From the human T2T-CHM13v2.0 reference genome, Homo sapiens: 64,000 bases of DNA. The stretch lies in assembly GCF_009914755.1 (NCBI RefSeq), contig NC_060937.1; one strand, written 5' to 3'. A model generated the notes under the pieces. That model searched no databases. It was given only the letters and a program-made list of their open reading frames with translations, and was not told the origin of the DNA. The translations under genes were made by a program, and so were the position numbers. Shown one piece after another: positions 41,950-55,000 of the stretch (positions within the stretch are counted from its first letter, which is position 1; every line of letters starts with the position of its first letter).

Positions 41950-43020
41950 CATTTCTAGTCCTTAAAATAATGCCACATTTTAGTTTGCATCACAGATGGT
42001 TGTAACTTTCTCTTTCAGCTTTTTGTTTCTTCTAGGAGTTGCTAATTGTCTTTTATCTTATGGAGAGAATAATTCTATGACTCTTTCATTATTATTATTT
42101 AAAATATTCAATCCGTGAATTCTGGTATCTATTGAAAGGTGAAAAATTTGCTCTCCTGTATGTTTCCTTAAAAATATCTGAATTGTCATCCTTGTAAATC
42201 TTTTCCTTGCAGACTGTGTTAATTCCAGGGTCTTAGATCCCATCTCTTTTTTATGGATTCCTTCTTATTTATATTAGAATGCTTTTTCAAATACAGTCCT
42301 TTTTTCCACAGAGTGCAAAGAAAGCAAATACTCTGATTGTATTACTATTTTTTATTTTACTTATACACTTAATTGATAATTTGGCTAGGTATAAAATTCA
42401 ATGTTTAAAATAATTTTCCCTCAAAAATTTGAAGCTACTGATTCATTATTTCTAGTCTTCAGAGTTCTGATGAGAAAATCGTGGCGAGTTGATTTTTATT
42501 CCATATATCTAATCTCTTTTCAGGTTCTTCCTCTCTGGAAGCATTTGGATCTTGTCTTTATCTTTGGGGTTTTAACATTTCATTCAGACCCCTTAAATTC
42601 ATTTAGGCCTTTTCAATTTCAATGCACAGTTTTTTAGACTTAGGAAATAGTCTAATTTTACTTTTATTATTTCTTCTCTTTTGGTTTCGTTTCTCTTTGC
42701 TCTCTATTGGGGATTTTTTTCAAGATGGATATTGGACATACAGATTCCATCTCCTTGTCTCTTACATTAATTTCTCATATTTTGCATGTCTTTCCCCTTC
42801 CCTTTCATATCTGACAAGTTGCCGGGTCCCCACTATTTGTCTTACCTATTGGTTTATTTTCAGGCTTGTCATATATGAGTATAAATTAGTTTCTAAGAAC
42901 TTCTACTTTTTTTCTCCTGTTCTGTTGTGGTTTAATAGATCACATAATGGATAGTCATCAGGATAATCATAATAATATTTTTAAAGTTGTCTTGTGTTTC
43001 TCAAATATTTAGTATTCTTG
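41950..43020 (-). mobile_element. Ancient L1 (L1ME-like) fragment, antisense ORF1 region
   Basis: T-rich; gataatttggctaggtataaaattc...tttccctcaaaaatttgaag...ctgatgagaaaatc. Confidence 0.55.
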
Positions 43021-43127
43021 ACAGTCCATTTATATTTATTGAAAAGACTCAGTTTATTAATGTGTGCAGCTAGTGCCGGTCCCTTCTTTCATTACATTCA
43101 TCTGTCTCTCCAATAAAGATATACCTT

Positions 43128-43572
43128 GTTTTCATTTCTTATGGCCACAGTGACAAAAGTACCACTAACTGGGTGGCTTCAACAGCAGTTTATTCTCTCA
43201 TAGTTCTGGAATCTGGAAGTCCAAGATCAAGATGTCAGCAGGGTTGGTTTCCTCTGAGGGTGGGAGACACCGTGCCAGGCCTCTTCTCTTTCGTCTGGAA
43301 GTCTCAGCTGTTTTTTGCCTTGTAGATGGGGTTCTCTGTATCTTCACATTGTCTTCACTCCACATATATTTGTCTCTATGTCCACATTTCCCCTCTTTAT
43401 GAGGACACCAGTCATATTGGATCAGGGCCCACTCTAATGACCTCACCTTAACCTGATTTTCTGCAAAGACCCTATTTCCAAGAAAGGTCATATTCCCAGG
43501 TATGGGGCAGTGGGGTGGTGGTTAGAACTTCAACATCTTTTTTTCGGAACGGACACAATTCAACCCGTAACA
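43128..43572 (-). mobile_element. MLT1B/C LTR
   Basis: ctgggtggcttcaac...agttctggaatctggaagtccaagatcaagatgtcagcaggg ... gcaaagaccctatttcc ... ggacacaattcaacccgtaaca terminus. Confidence 0.85.
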
Positions 43573-46500
43573 TCTCTCAGTGGGAGAACAATGATGGATT
43601 TTGTGTTGATTGGTAAAAATCAGCAGTTGGGCTGGTCAGTACTTCATTGAGAAAGACTAGTCTTCTGAAGCCTCACCCCTAACTAACCCCACCCATCATA
43701 GCAGATCATTTAATCACTCAATTTCTTTAGAGAGCAGTTGTCTGATAAAATACTATTGTGACCAGATGCACTACGAAAGGGGAAGGATGGTACAGGAGGG
43801 GTCCACTTATTCTCTTTAAAACACCAACCTTTGCCTTCTGCTTAAAGGAGAGGAATTCCTTCTCTTTATAACTTTAAGTTATTTAAGTTTTTTAAGGTCA
43901 AAATGTATTTTAAAGAAATGTACTTAAACTTGACTAGATATGCTGTGTTCAAAGCCACAATCCCCCATGAGCCGCTAAGAATCTGGAGGTTTCTACCTGT
44001 GGAATGCCTGTCCATCTCCTTCAGGGGTCTGCCTAAGTCCTAGCTGCCCTTAGAAGGGGCAGGGCTCTGAATGGGAATTGAGCAGAAGGTCCTTGTCTGT
44101 ACATACTAGCCCTAGACTAAATTTAAATCCCCAGATCGTGGCTGCAATGTTCTAACAAGGAAGGCCTCACATATCCTGATGGTGCTTGAATGACAGCAAC
44201 ACTCTAGATAGATGCTGGAAAGCACAAAGGTGACTTGCAATGTGATTAAAAGGAAGGTTTTCAATGGAAGGGTTCAATGGAAGGCCAGACCTGAAAACAA
44301 CAAAACAGGGCTGTTACTAGAATTCCAGAAGTCACCTTTGGAAATTCTAAAGAGAAATGACTGAGGCAAATTAAGAGGGGCTACTGCTCTGTAAACTGGG
44401 AATGAAACTTGAGGGTACCAGTGACTCTAAAAGTCCTAAGCCAAAAGTCTATGCAGTTTACATCAACGTTTGGTTCACGTTGTACTGGGGGGCATTTGCC
44501 AAGCAAAGTAGGATTTCACAACAGAAGAATTTGCTGTCCCAGAACATGTCTCTTGGGAGCCTGAGTGAGAACACTGGCCTTCCTGAGCCAGGGATTTGTT
44601 TAACAACAGTGATTCATAATTTCAACAACCAAAATGAATGTGGAAGCATGATGCGTGAAGACCCTGATTATGAGGGACAATCGTGCTGCCCTGTTCTCCC
44701 TGACCCCTCTTCAGGAGAGCCAGCTGTCCAGGGGAAAGGTATCACATCCCCCACATGCCACAAAAGTGCTCCTGCCCAGTGGCAGACCTATGCTCAACTT
44801 TCCTTGGGATGATTTTCTCATTAGATTAGAGAAAAGGCAGTTGTCAAAAAGCCATTTCACATCAGCGCTCCAAGAGGCTTTCTGAGTTTGTGCAAAGATT
44901 ATTTGGGTATTTGAACTACTCTGATATAATGTTTTTGGGGCATTTCTGTTCCTCCATTTTCCCTTTGATAAGGGTGCTAGGTCGTGTTCTCTCTTCTGCT
45001 GGAGATGCGATTCCCGTCTGTCCTTATTCTGCCCAGGTGTGGTACGAGATTCTACCCCTATCTACTGGGTTGAACAGAAAATTAAAACGCCCTCTTGAAT
45101 TCCAAGTGCCTTTTGTGGTTCAGGCTGTAAACACCATCAGCACCATCAGGCTCTCAGCATGAGTTAAATACCTCCAGAACTAATGGCTGTCGCAACTTCC
45201 CGCTGCCCCCAGAAAGGGTCATTGCATTTTAACTGCTGTGTCACCCTCCATGGCTGTTTGGGGGGTGCACGATGTAGGAGAAGGAGGCAGACAGCCTTTA
45301 AAATCCATCGGAGGTCAATGTATTCCATTATATACACAGTGCTTCACATTCAGTTTTAACCTTTGGTGAAATTTGCAGTGTTGGGATTTTTTATGCTAGA
45401 GTGGACGCAGGAAATCACAGGTGCAACTAATTTCAGCTTTGACTTACAATCACTGTGGGCCCCTTGAATTTTTATATGAAATTCTCTCTTTAGCTTGAAT
45501 GTAACGTGTCAGAAGTCTGTAGCTTGTCTCTGTAATATACATTAATAGGTAATATTGATTTGTGGAAATTAATTACTAGAAAAATAGTTCTCAGCACTTA
45601 ACTAGTGTTTGGGAAGATTCGAGAGCCCCCTTGTGGCTATAATCTTCCTTAACTGAAAATCAATGAAAAGCTTTTAGCTGGTTTTTTGTTGGATTTTTGT
45701 TGATGGGTCTTCCCCTCCCCACCTTTTTCTTTTGGTTGCAGTTGTTTGCTTGCTTTATGTGTATGCTTTGAATTGTTTTTCATTTAGATTAGCTCCAATA
45801 TAACACGTCATTTCAAGAAAACACACAGAGATAGCAGCAGATGTCAGCAACAGGTGACCTTTTTTTCTGCTTATCACCAAGAGAAATAATCAACACAAAG
45901 GGGCATGTTTAGGGAAGTTCACTAAGAAGGGAAATTACAGTTGTGTTATTCTGTTGCTTAAGGGATGCGCCCCCTCCCAACACACCATTTTAATCATGTA
46001 TTGATTGCACAAATGAAAAAGCCACCTCTTGTAGCCCTAAGCTACATTTACTTTGAAAGTCTTAAAGATTATTTTATCAGATTTACATATAGCCATGAAA
46101 AGTGGGATAGTGTCCCCATTTGAGTGTTTTAAAATCTCTAAGAAATGAATGTTGAAAGCTATTACCTCTGGAAGCTTCAATCATGCCTGAAGAAAAATAT
46201 TTGCAACTTAAGGTCAGTGCTCCACACTTGAATTGATGAAGAGAACACCCAAGGCAAAGTTTAAACAGAACGAATTGATTTTTTTCTGGGAGACTTAAAT
46301 TATCATGCATATATTTTTCTAAATGTCTGTCGTTGCTTTATTAATTAGGCAGAATTGCAGCTTCGGAGCCACTGCAGCTGAAAGATCCCATTGAATGTCC
46401 ATGTGCTAAGCTGGGCTTCTGGAAGAAACTCATGCTAATTATCGTCAATAAGTGGATTTTGAAGAGAACCTGATTAGGGCTCTGCATTATTTCCAGCATA

Positions 46501-46949
46501 ATTTGGTTTTCCCTAGATTAGTTTATGGACTGACACTGGCCTCTAGTCACAAATGAGTTACTAGCCCTGCTTGTTGTTCCTAGCATGGAGAAAAATATCG
46601 TGGGTGGGAGCTGAAGAACAAAAAGAGAAGCAAAAATGAAAGACAAAAGCCTTGGTGTTTGGGCCTGGATAAAATACATGAAAGTTAAAGATGGTATCTG
46701 TTTCCTATTTTGTCTTCAATGCACAGGCGCAATTAGCAAAAATCTTAGTTACAACACTTGGTTGGGAGTGAGAGAGGAGACTAGTGCACAGGTAATGCTA
46801 GCCAAGGTGAAGTGTTGAGCAGCAACCACTTTACTCTTTAGAAGCTGTGGAAAATTCCAAGCTCCCACACTATCCTTCTTGGTCTTTTCTTGATATAGAG
46901 CTTTTGCAATGTGCAAGTTCCTTTCAGAATATTCATAAAAGTCTACAAG

Positions 46950-47430
46950 GGTTGTATCAAAAGAACTCCACATCCATATTGAATAAACTCCCACTAGCCA
47001 AAAATTGGATAAATTGAGGATCAATAAGGATCATGACTACAGTGTGTTGAAACTTCTTAAGTATATTTAGATTCATGAGCTTATGGGATACTAAAACAAA
47101 CAAACAGCAATAAAAATCCCCTTTGGGGGAGACTGTAAGAAAGCAACCCACTATTTTGAAAACTAGTAAGTAAAATGAATCAAACATTCATTTGCCTTTC
47201 CTATGTGAACTCTACCTCAGGATGCCAAATAGTTGATAAGGGAAAGTTTCTTTTTATAGAGGCATTCCAGCTAATAAATGAAAAAAGAAATGACAGAATA
47301 AGACTTTCACCATTTTGCAACCCCCTTCTGGATGAACATCAGTGGCCACTGCCATCAGAAAAAAAGAGACCCCAGACTTTATTTACCTCCAGACTGAAGT
47401 CTGGAACACTACCTACTTAGAAATGAGTGT
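46950..47430 (+). mobile_element. L1MC4/5-like 3' region fragment
   Basis: gggaaagtttctttttatagaggcattccagctaataaatg...caccattttgcaacc. Confidence 0.55.
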
Positions 47431-47856
47431 ATTATTTAAGAATGATTCTTCCATAATCAAAAAACATACCAGAAGGCATATCCATATTCTGGCATTTCTG
47501 GCTCATTCTCCTGGGTCTCCTTTTTCAGTTGATTTCAAAGAAAAAAATGAGCTAATATCAGTGAAACCTCCCAACTTGTAGAATAAAGCGTTAATTTTGT
47601 GTTTTCTTTCTAATTCTTAACTATGAGCAAAATAAGACGGTGTTGGGTAGTCAATTGATGACTCAGCACCTTAAGGTCAGGCCACGCAGTGTACCATTAT
47701 ATCATAAGCACCTCGCATAGTGTTTCTCATGAGACACAGAACCAACACGTGTATTTAAACAAGCAAACTAAATGAGCACAGGAGTTGAAGTAAGAAAAAA
47801 AGAAGTCCCAGCTCTACTACTTTTTACTTGTTGACCTTAAGAAAATCCTTGTATAT

Positions 47857-48282
<426 letters not shown>

Positions 48283-48427
48283 TCAAGAAGGATCAAATGA
48301 AATAATGGATGAAGAAAGTAGTTTGAAAACTTAAAAAAGTTAGACAAATAAAAATTTGCTTTAGGTTGTTTTTTAAATATTCATTAATACATCTTGTTTA
48401 ATATTTGAAATTTCACTCTATTTGGAC

Positions 48428-48586
48428 AGTTTATGAGGCTCTAATAATCATGGAGAAGGGAGAACGCTGAAGTGCGGAGTGTGTATATAAATGGTGAGGC
48501 TCTAATAATCTTGGAGTTTATGAGGCTCTAATAATCATGGAGAAGGGAGAACGTTGAAGTGCGGAGTGTGTATATAAATGGTGAGG
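48428..48586 (+). repeat. 72-bp direct duplication with a templated 15-bp spacer
   Basis: 48428-48499 and 48515-48586 differ at 1 position. Confidence 0.95.
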
Positions 48587-51500
48587 ATCTGCTAGGTATC
48601 AGCTACTGCCGGGCCCTTTATATTCACTTCTTATTCAATAATTCCCACAACCCTATGAAGTAAGTACTGATACTTCAGCTGTTTAGGTGAGGAAACTAAG
48701 GCTCCCAGAGGTCAAATAAGCTAACCAAGTCACGCTGAAAGCGAGGTGGGTTTAACGTTGGAACTCGAATCTGTCTGACTTCAAACCTATTTTCTTTTCA
48801 CTCCATATAAAGTGAAGTTCCCAACATTCTTGAAATTATGCACTCATGCTTTGTCCAAATGAGCACAGTTTGACTTGTACTTTTCTTAAATCTCTTCCTG
48901 AATACAGGCTTTGGGACAGCCAACTTCAGGATTCAGCAACCTTCTCTGAACACTTTTCTGAGTCTTCATAGCATTGTATTCAAGATCTGTTTTAAGGCTG
49001 AAAAGAGCATTATGGCATGGAATGAGCTTTGGCTTTATTTCAATTCTCTTGCATAGCTATTTTCAGCCTTTATTGTTCTGACATTACTACAGCTTTTGGC
49101 TTCTAGATTCTTTAGGTGTGTTAAAAATGAATGCAACTGCAATAATTCTCCCTTGTCTCTAATGCCCCTTCCTCAAGTGTAAATTTGTTACAGCTTTGTG
49201 GGTGTGCTGGGCTCAGGAAAACTGTTTCTATAGCTTCTTCTAAGCTGTATATATTCAGAGCATCCTCTGGATCCATGCACTCCTGTGCTAAAGTAGAACA
49301 GAGGCCCTGTGTTCCTTCTGCTTCCTGTCCATCCCTGGCCTTGCAAGATGCTGCTTCTCTCTCATCTCCTGCTGTCTCCCTGCAGGTAGAAACAAATCCC
49401 TCACCCTGTGATGTTCATTTTGCATCTAGAGCTTTGAGTTCAACAAAGCCTGGGCCACTGCATCATTAAGTCATAAACTGAATTTCCAAGACAGCCTGAT
49501 TTTTACAAGATGATGGAAGAAACTGCCAAAACTATTATCACTCTGTGAATTACAAACATCATCTAAAAGTAGTACGTGACTCAAAGGGTTGTTTTGATGA
49601 CTAAGTTGGTGAACACAGACACAGCACTTAGAAATGTACTTGGACATAGTATGGATTCAATAAATGTTGGCCACTATTATTGTTATTCATATCAGTTTTT
49701 CACTGCACATGGAACATTCCATATTTTGAGTTAGCATTCCTCTTAATCATTATTGAGGAGATGACCTCAGAGACAATCTTTGTTTGAGACTTGGGAAGGA
49801 ATGGAATCAGATTGGAATCTCACAAGTATTTTTGTTTAATATGCCAAAATGGTTACCCAGTCCTGATAGCAGAGTGAACAAAAAATCCTAAAACAGAAGT
49901 ATCCTTCATATAACAGAATGGCAAAACCTAGACAGAGGGGATTAAAAAAATATATATTCTTGTGATGTTTTTGGAAAATATGCATCAGAGCTGTCAAATA
50001 TAGATTCTAAATATTGGCACACATGCCTTGCTCTTAAATATTCTGATTTACTTCTTTTCCTGTCCAAATTGGCTGGCACTGAGCAATTACAACGGAGACA
50101 CCTCATGGTTTCTACCTGTGTAATTCTCACATTCCCTAAAAGCAGTGCCTGAGAAATTAGCTAAGACGAGAGCATGGCTGAGCACGGAGGGCCTGATAAC
50201 ACAATCTGAGTGTACTATCTGGTGTTCTGCTTTGCCCGGCTGGGATTAGAGCTGCCAGTGAGACTGAATTGGGCCTTATCTCACTCCAAGGCGGCTCCAG
50301 GCTTCAGGTGGATACCCGCATGCATAAACCACAGCTTTGCAGAGAGCCTTGAGACATCCTCATGCCCAAATCCCAGTGATGCAGCGCAAAGCAGGGCGCC
50401 TCTGAACCAAATAATCACGGAAGTCCCTGAATAATGAATGAGAGCAGGACCCTCCCTGGCACATTTGAAACTGTACTGGGAGGAACTGTACTCAGCAAGA
50501 TAGCAAAAACTAGCCCCTAGAACATGCATTCCCTGAAATTTATTCTTGCAGCAGCCACTTGGGGGAAAGTGAAAGCAAATGTGACAACCACCCGAAAATC
50601 ATGGCATTTTAGTGAGTTCGATGCTCACAGGTTTCCTGTCAATATAAGGCAGCGACGTGACAAGATTTGAAATTTCCTCTTATTGATAAATACCATCTCT
50701 CCCTCTAGGGAAGCAGGGGGTTGACTGATCATCATTAAGGAATGACCTGTATGATCGAGAAGCCTCTTCTTTGATGCTTTTGTTTGGTTTGTTTTGTATA
50801 ATATGTGTCTTCCCATAATTAAAGTTAGCTGACACCCAGCCATTGCATACAAACTACATCTCAAGAGGTTGTTTCTTTGAGGACTGCCAATGAATATAAT
50901 CGGGTGAGGGACCTCCATCTTTCTGATCCAGATGTTGGCTTTAATATAGCTGCAGTGCTGATGAGTGGGATTTGATTCCACAAATGTTTAGTCTAATTTG
51001 ACATTCCAGCTGTTCATTAAGTGGAAAATAAACAATCTCTTTGGAAAGTTGTTTCCCTAACATCATGTCACAAGCTCTAACCAGACTGTCCTGGAATGGC
51101 AGTCTCAGACCAAGGTTTCACTCAGAGCACCTTCCTCTTCCAGCCAGGAGGGAGCAGCACCTGTCTCCAGCACCCTCTTGGCTCCCAGGCAGCCATGCTC
51201 TCTGTGCCCCATGATGTCAGGCCTCATGGAATAGTCAAGTCCTCTCTGGCTTTGACTGTGCCTGGATACTATTGGCAAAAACCATATTGAGTCATTTTGA
51301 CAATGAAACAGGAGGGATTCTCTTGACTTAGGAATTCTACTCCTAGGAATTTATTCTCTGCACAGATATTCATGGCTTAGAATGTTCATCAGATTCTTGT
51401 TTAAAATACACCACCAAAATAGAATGTCCCTAGTTGTCCCAAACTGGAGATTGGCCATACAAATTATGACACATCCATAAATGGAATATTATGCTCTTCT

Positions 51501-51660
51501 GGAAGAACATTGTATTCTTATGAAAGAATATTAAATAAAATGGAAAAACATTCACCGTCTTTTTAAGTTAAAAACATGTTATAAATATGTTGTGCATTAT
51601 GAATTCAAAATGTAAACATATTTATAACTTTAAATAATAATCAAATATATATATATTTAA

Positions 51661-52044
<384 letters not shown>

Positions 52045-55000
52045 TAATGGTAATACATTATTGCGTATCCAAGTGGGGGAAATAATAATTTTTAAAAAAG
52101 CAAGAACAACTAAATCTAAACTATTCTTCCTTTAAAGTTATCAGATGCATATGTGAGGAAAGCCACCCGAGCCTCTCCCCTCTTGAGGGAAGCCCTGTGG
52201 GCACTTCTATCCCCTCATCTTACCTATTGAAGAGAGTCAAGATACATGGGTAGTAAGCAAAATAAAAATGCCTGAGCCCAAAGGGTCTGACTGCCTTCTA
52301 AGTCAGCATGAGGGAGAAGGTAATGGCAGCTTGGTGCCGTGCGACGCACATGGCTTCTGTGTGAGGTAAGAGAACCACATGCACGCATCTCCATTTCCTC
52401 CTCCTCATGTTGCGGACACCCTCGGAACCAATCGCTGTGACACACACCACTGTCAGCTTCCTAAAGCTCTTTATTATGATACTTCGCAATTCTAGTCTCC
52501 AACTTCCCACTGGCTTAGAACATCATTCTTAACTTCCTTAATTTGTTCTCAAGACTTGAATCAAAGGCCTTTTCGTAGCTGTGTCAAAGGGCAGTCTGAT
52601 TGCTAAGCCTTAACTGCCGCAATACCCCTATCAAATACTGTGCAGGGCAGACAATACTCTAGTGAGATAATGAAGAATGAGTAGCTCATGATGAGTGTGC
52701 AGCAACAAAGAAAGCCAAGAAATTAATTCCATTCTGAACATTTGGAAACTGACTCCTGCACACAGCAGAGCAGGGCAGAGGGAGCTAAGCTTCACTTTTT
52801 TAAAATGCACACATCAGCTTATGTTTAAGATGTGGTGGTCGCCTGTCCATGCTCCATGGAGAGGATCAAGATCCTCACAAGATCTAAGAATCTCTGAAAG
52901 AGTGGCTGATAAATGCTATATATTTATTCACTCCACAAACATTGAACAACTGAACATCCATGATGTATAAGGTCATGCATTATACATCCTGGGGAATCAA
53001 AGGTGAGTCAGGCAAGGTTCCCCCTCTCAAGTTGTGTAAAGCCTGTATAAGTCAGACTGGTCGCTAGAATAAAGATAGTGCATGAGGGGATCTCTGGTTT
53101 TGTGGGGCAATGGGGGAGAAATCCCTTCCACGGAGGACGTGAGAGCAGGCTGGGTGGAGGAGTTCCTACCTGATCTGGTTTTTATGAATGCATAAAACTG
53201 TGGAGTGTGGAGCTATTAATTTTGCTGCTTTGCTTTATGAGGGTTAAGCTGGTGGTGGAAGGAATCTATTTAATAAACTGTTGTGAACCTAGCATTATGA
53301 AGTTCTTTCAAGTGTATTCTCTTTGGATAGGCAAGTCATAGCCTCATAAACATGAGTTTGTTTTAATCACCACCAGCAAAGTGATTCCAGGAACTTATAC
53401 TCTTCATTCTACCATTTGGATGAAGATACTAGCTCTGCCTTTTATCTACTGCAGTATTGAAAAGGAAGGATTTGCTAGAAGGAAAGAAAGAAACAGAAAA
53501 GAGGAAAAAGTAGCATAGAGAAAGCTGACAACAGAAAGCCGGGGAGAGCAGTGGCAGGCGGGTGCATGGCATTTCCTGAATCTGTCCTGGATTCTTTCTC
53601 CTCAACACCCACAGTTCTGGGGTTGTCTCTGCTGGTCTCTTACCATGGCTGCTGAATGTCTCCTGTGATCTCTACCTACTTTAGGTAGAGATCTTTAATA
53701 CTGTTTAATACTTTAATACTGTTGCTGAATGAGTCTTTCTAAATTAACACTTTCAATTTCAGCAATTCACAATCACATTCAGAGCCTACGGCAATTGGGT
53801 CTCAACATCCTGCTCCAGTCTATGCCCTCCTTCCATTCATTGACTCATTAAATGAACGTTTAGTGAAACACACAACATGAGCTTCCTGGTCAAGTCTCAG
53901 TACTCTGCTAGGAACATTCTTGAAGAGCTCTCTTAAATATTCTTTGTCCACTCCTGACCTCTGTAACTTGCTAATGAATGCATTTTTCTACTCTACCACA
54001 CCTGTGCAGTAAGACTTGAGGGCATTTTCTTCTTTTTTTATGTTCTCAACATTTCCTGAAGCAGTGCCTTACACATAGCGAACCCTCAATAAGCATGTGT
54101 TAATTAAATGACTTGCTAATTAAAGAAGAGAACAAATTATACAATAAACTGCTCAGTGAAACATAGGTTCTTGAAACAGTAGGGAAGAAAACCAGTAAGT
54201 TTAATTTTAAAAATAAATAAATAAACCTCATTGTTACTAATTACTTGTTGTATAAAATATTCTCCTTTTTGCAGTGAGTCTGTGTTGACTATTTCACTCC
54301 ATATCACCTACCATCACAATCAAATGACAAGTGCATTAGAAGATTATATATTTTTTACTCCTTGCACACATTTTAGGCATTTTAAAAGGTATCAGTTTAG
54401 TTTTAGGAGAGGAAAGAAAGGCATATTTATCAAAGGCAATATTAGACTTAGTTATTAAAATATACTTATTTCATGTAGTGATAATGTTCTTTTACATAGC
54501 AATTTTTTTTTAATATCTGCTGTGAGTAGGCCTCTGTAGTAGGTGCTGGGACTTTTGCTAGGGATCTGAGGCCTAAGGTAAGGTTATCAAAAAGGACTTT
54601 GGAGGGCAGACATGACCAAGACTGTTACATTTAAGTTAAAAGTGCAGTAAGTGATGCAGTAAACTCTATAGGCTGGAAAGTCAAGGAAGATGGATGTGAG
54701 CCTTGAGCTGGTCCAGGAAAGATATGCAGGATACCAAAGAGCAAAGAAAGGGAAAGGCTTTCAACGTGAGAGAAGGCAATCATACCTTTGTGTTGTATTT
54801 AGGATTTTTTAACGTGATCGCCTTACAGCAGAACAAGATACTAAAAGTGGTTTGAAACCAGTTATGGAAATGTGTGTATTCCATTTGGTGTAACTTCAAG
54901 TAAGCCTTGATGGCCTATATTATAATTATCAGTTAAAATGATTATTGACTTAACCTCATTCCCTAATCTTTCTCAGTACACAAGTGTTTGCCATCATAAC

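Noticed and set aside
44260-44284. Short tandem duplications (ttcaatggaagg x2; also tttaatac x3 at 53694-53721)
   Set aside because: Common micro-duplications at background frequency
48428-48586. Repeat-spacer-repeat pattern superficially like a CRISPR array
   Set aside because: Eukaryotic context, only two long copies, the spacer derives from the repeat itself, and there are no cas genes
52362-52371. GAG|GTAAGA as a recursive splice site
   Set aside because: A good donor, but GAG is a poor acceptor and there is no strong pyrimidine tract. The AG|GT sites near 34580, 34885 and 53684 are similarly weak.
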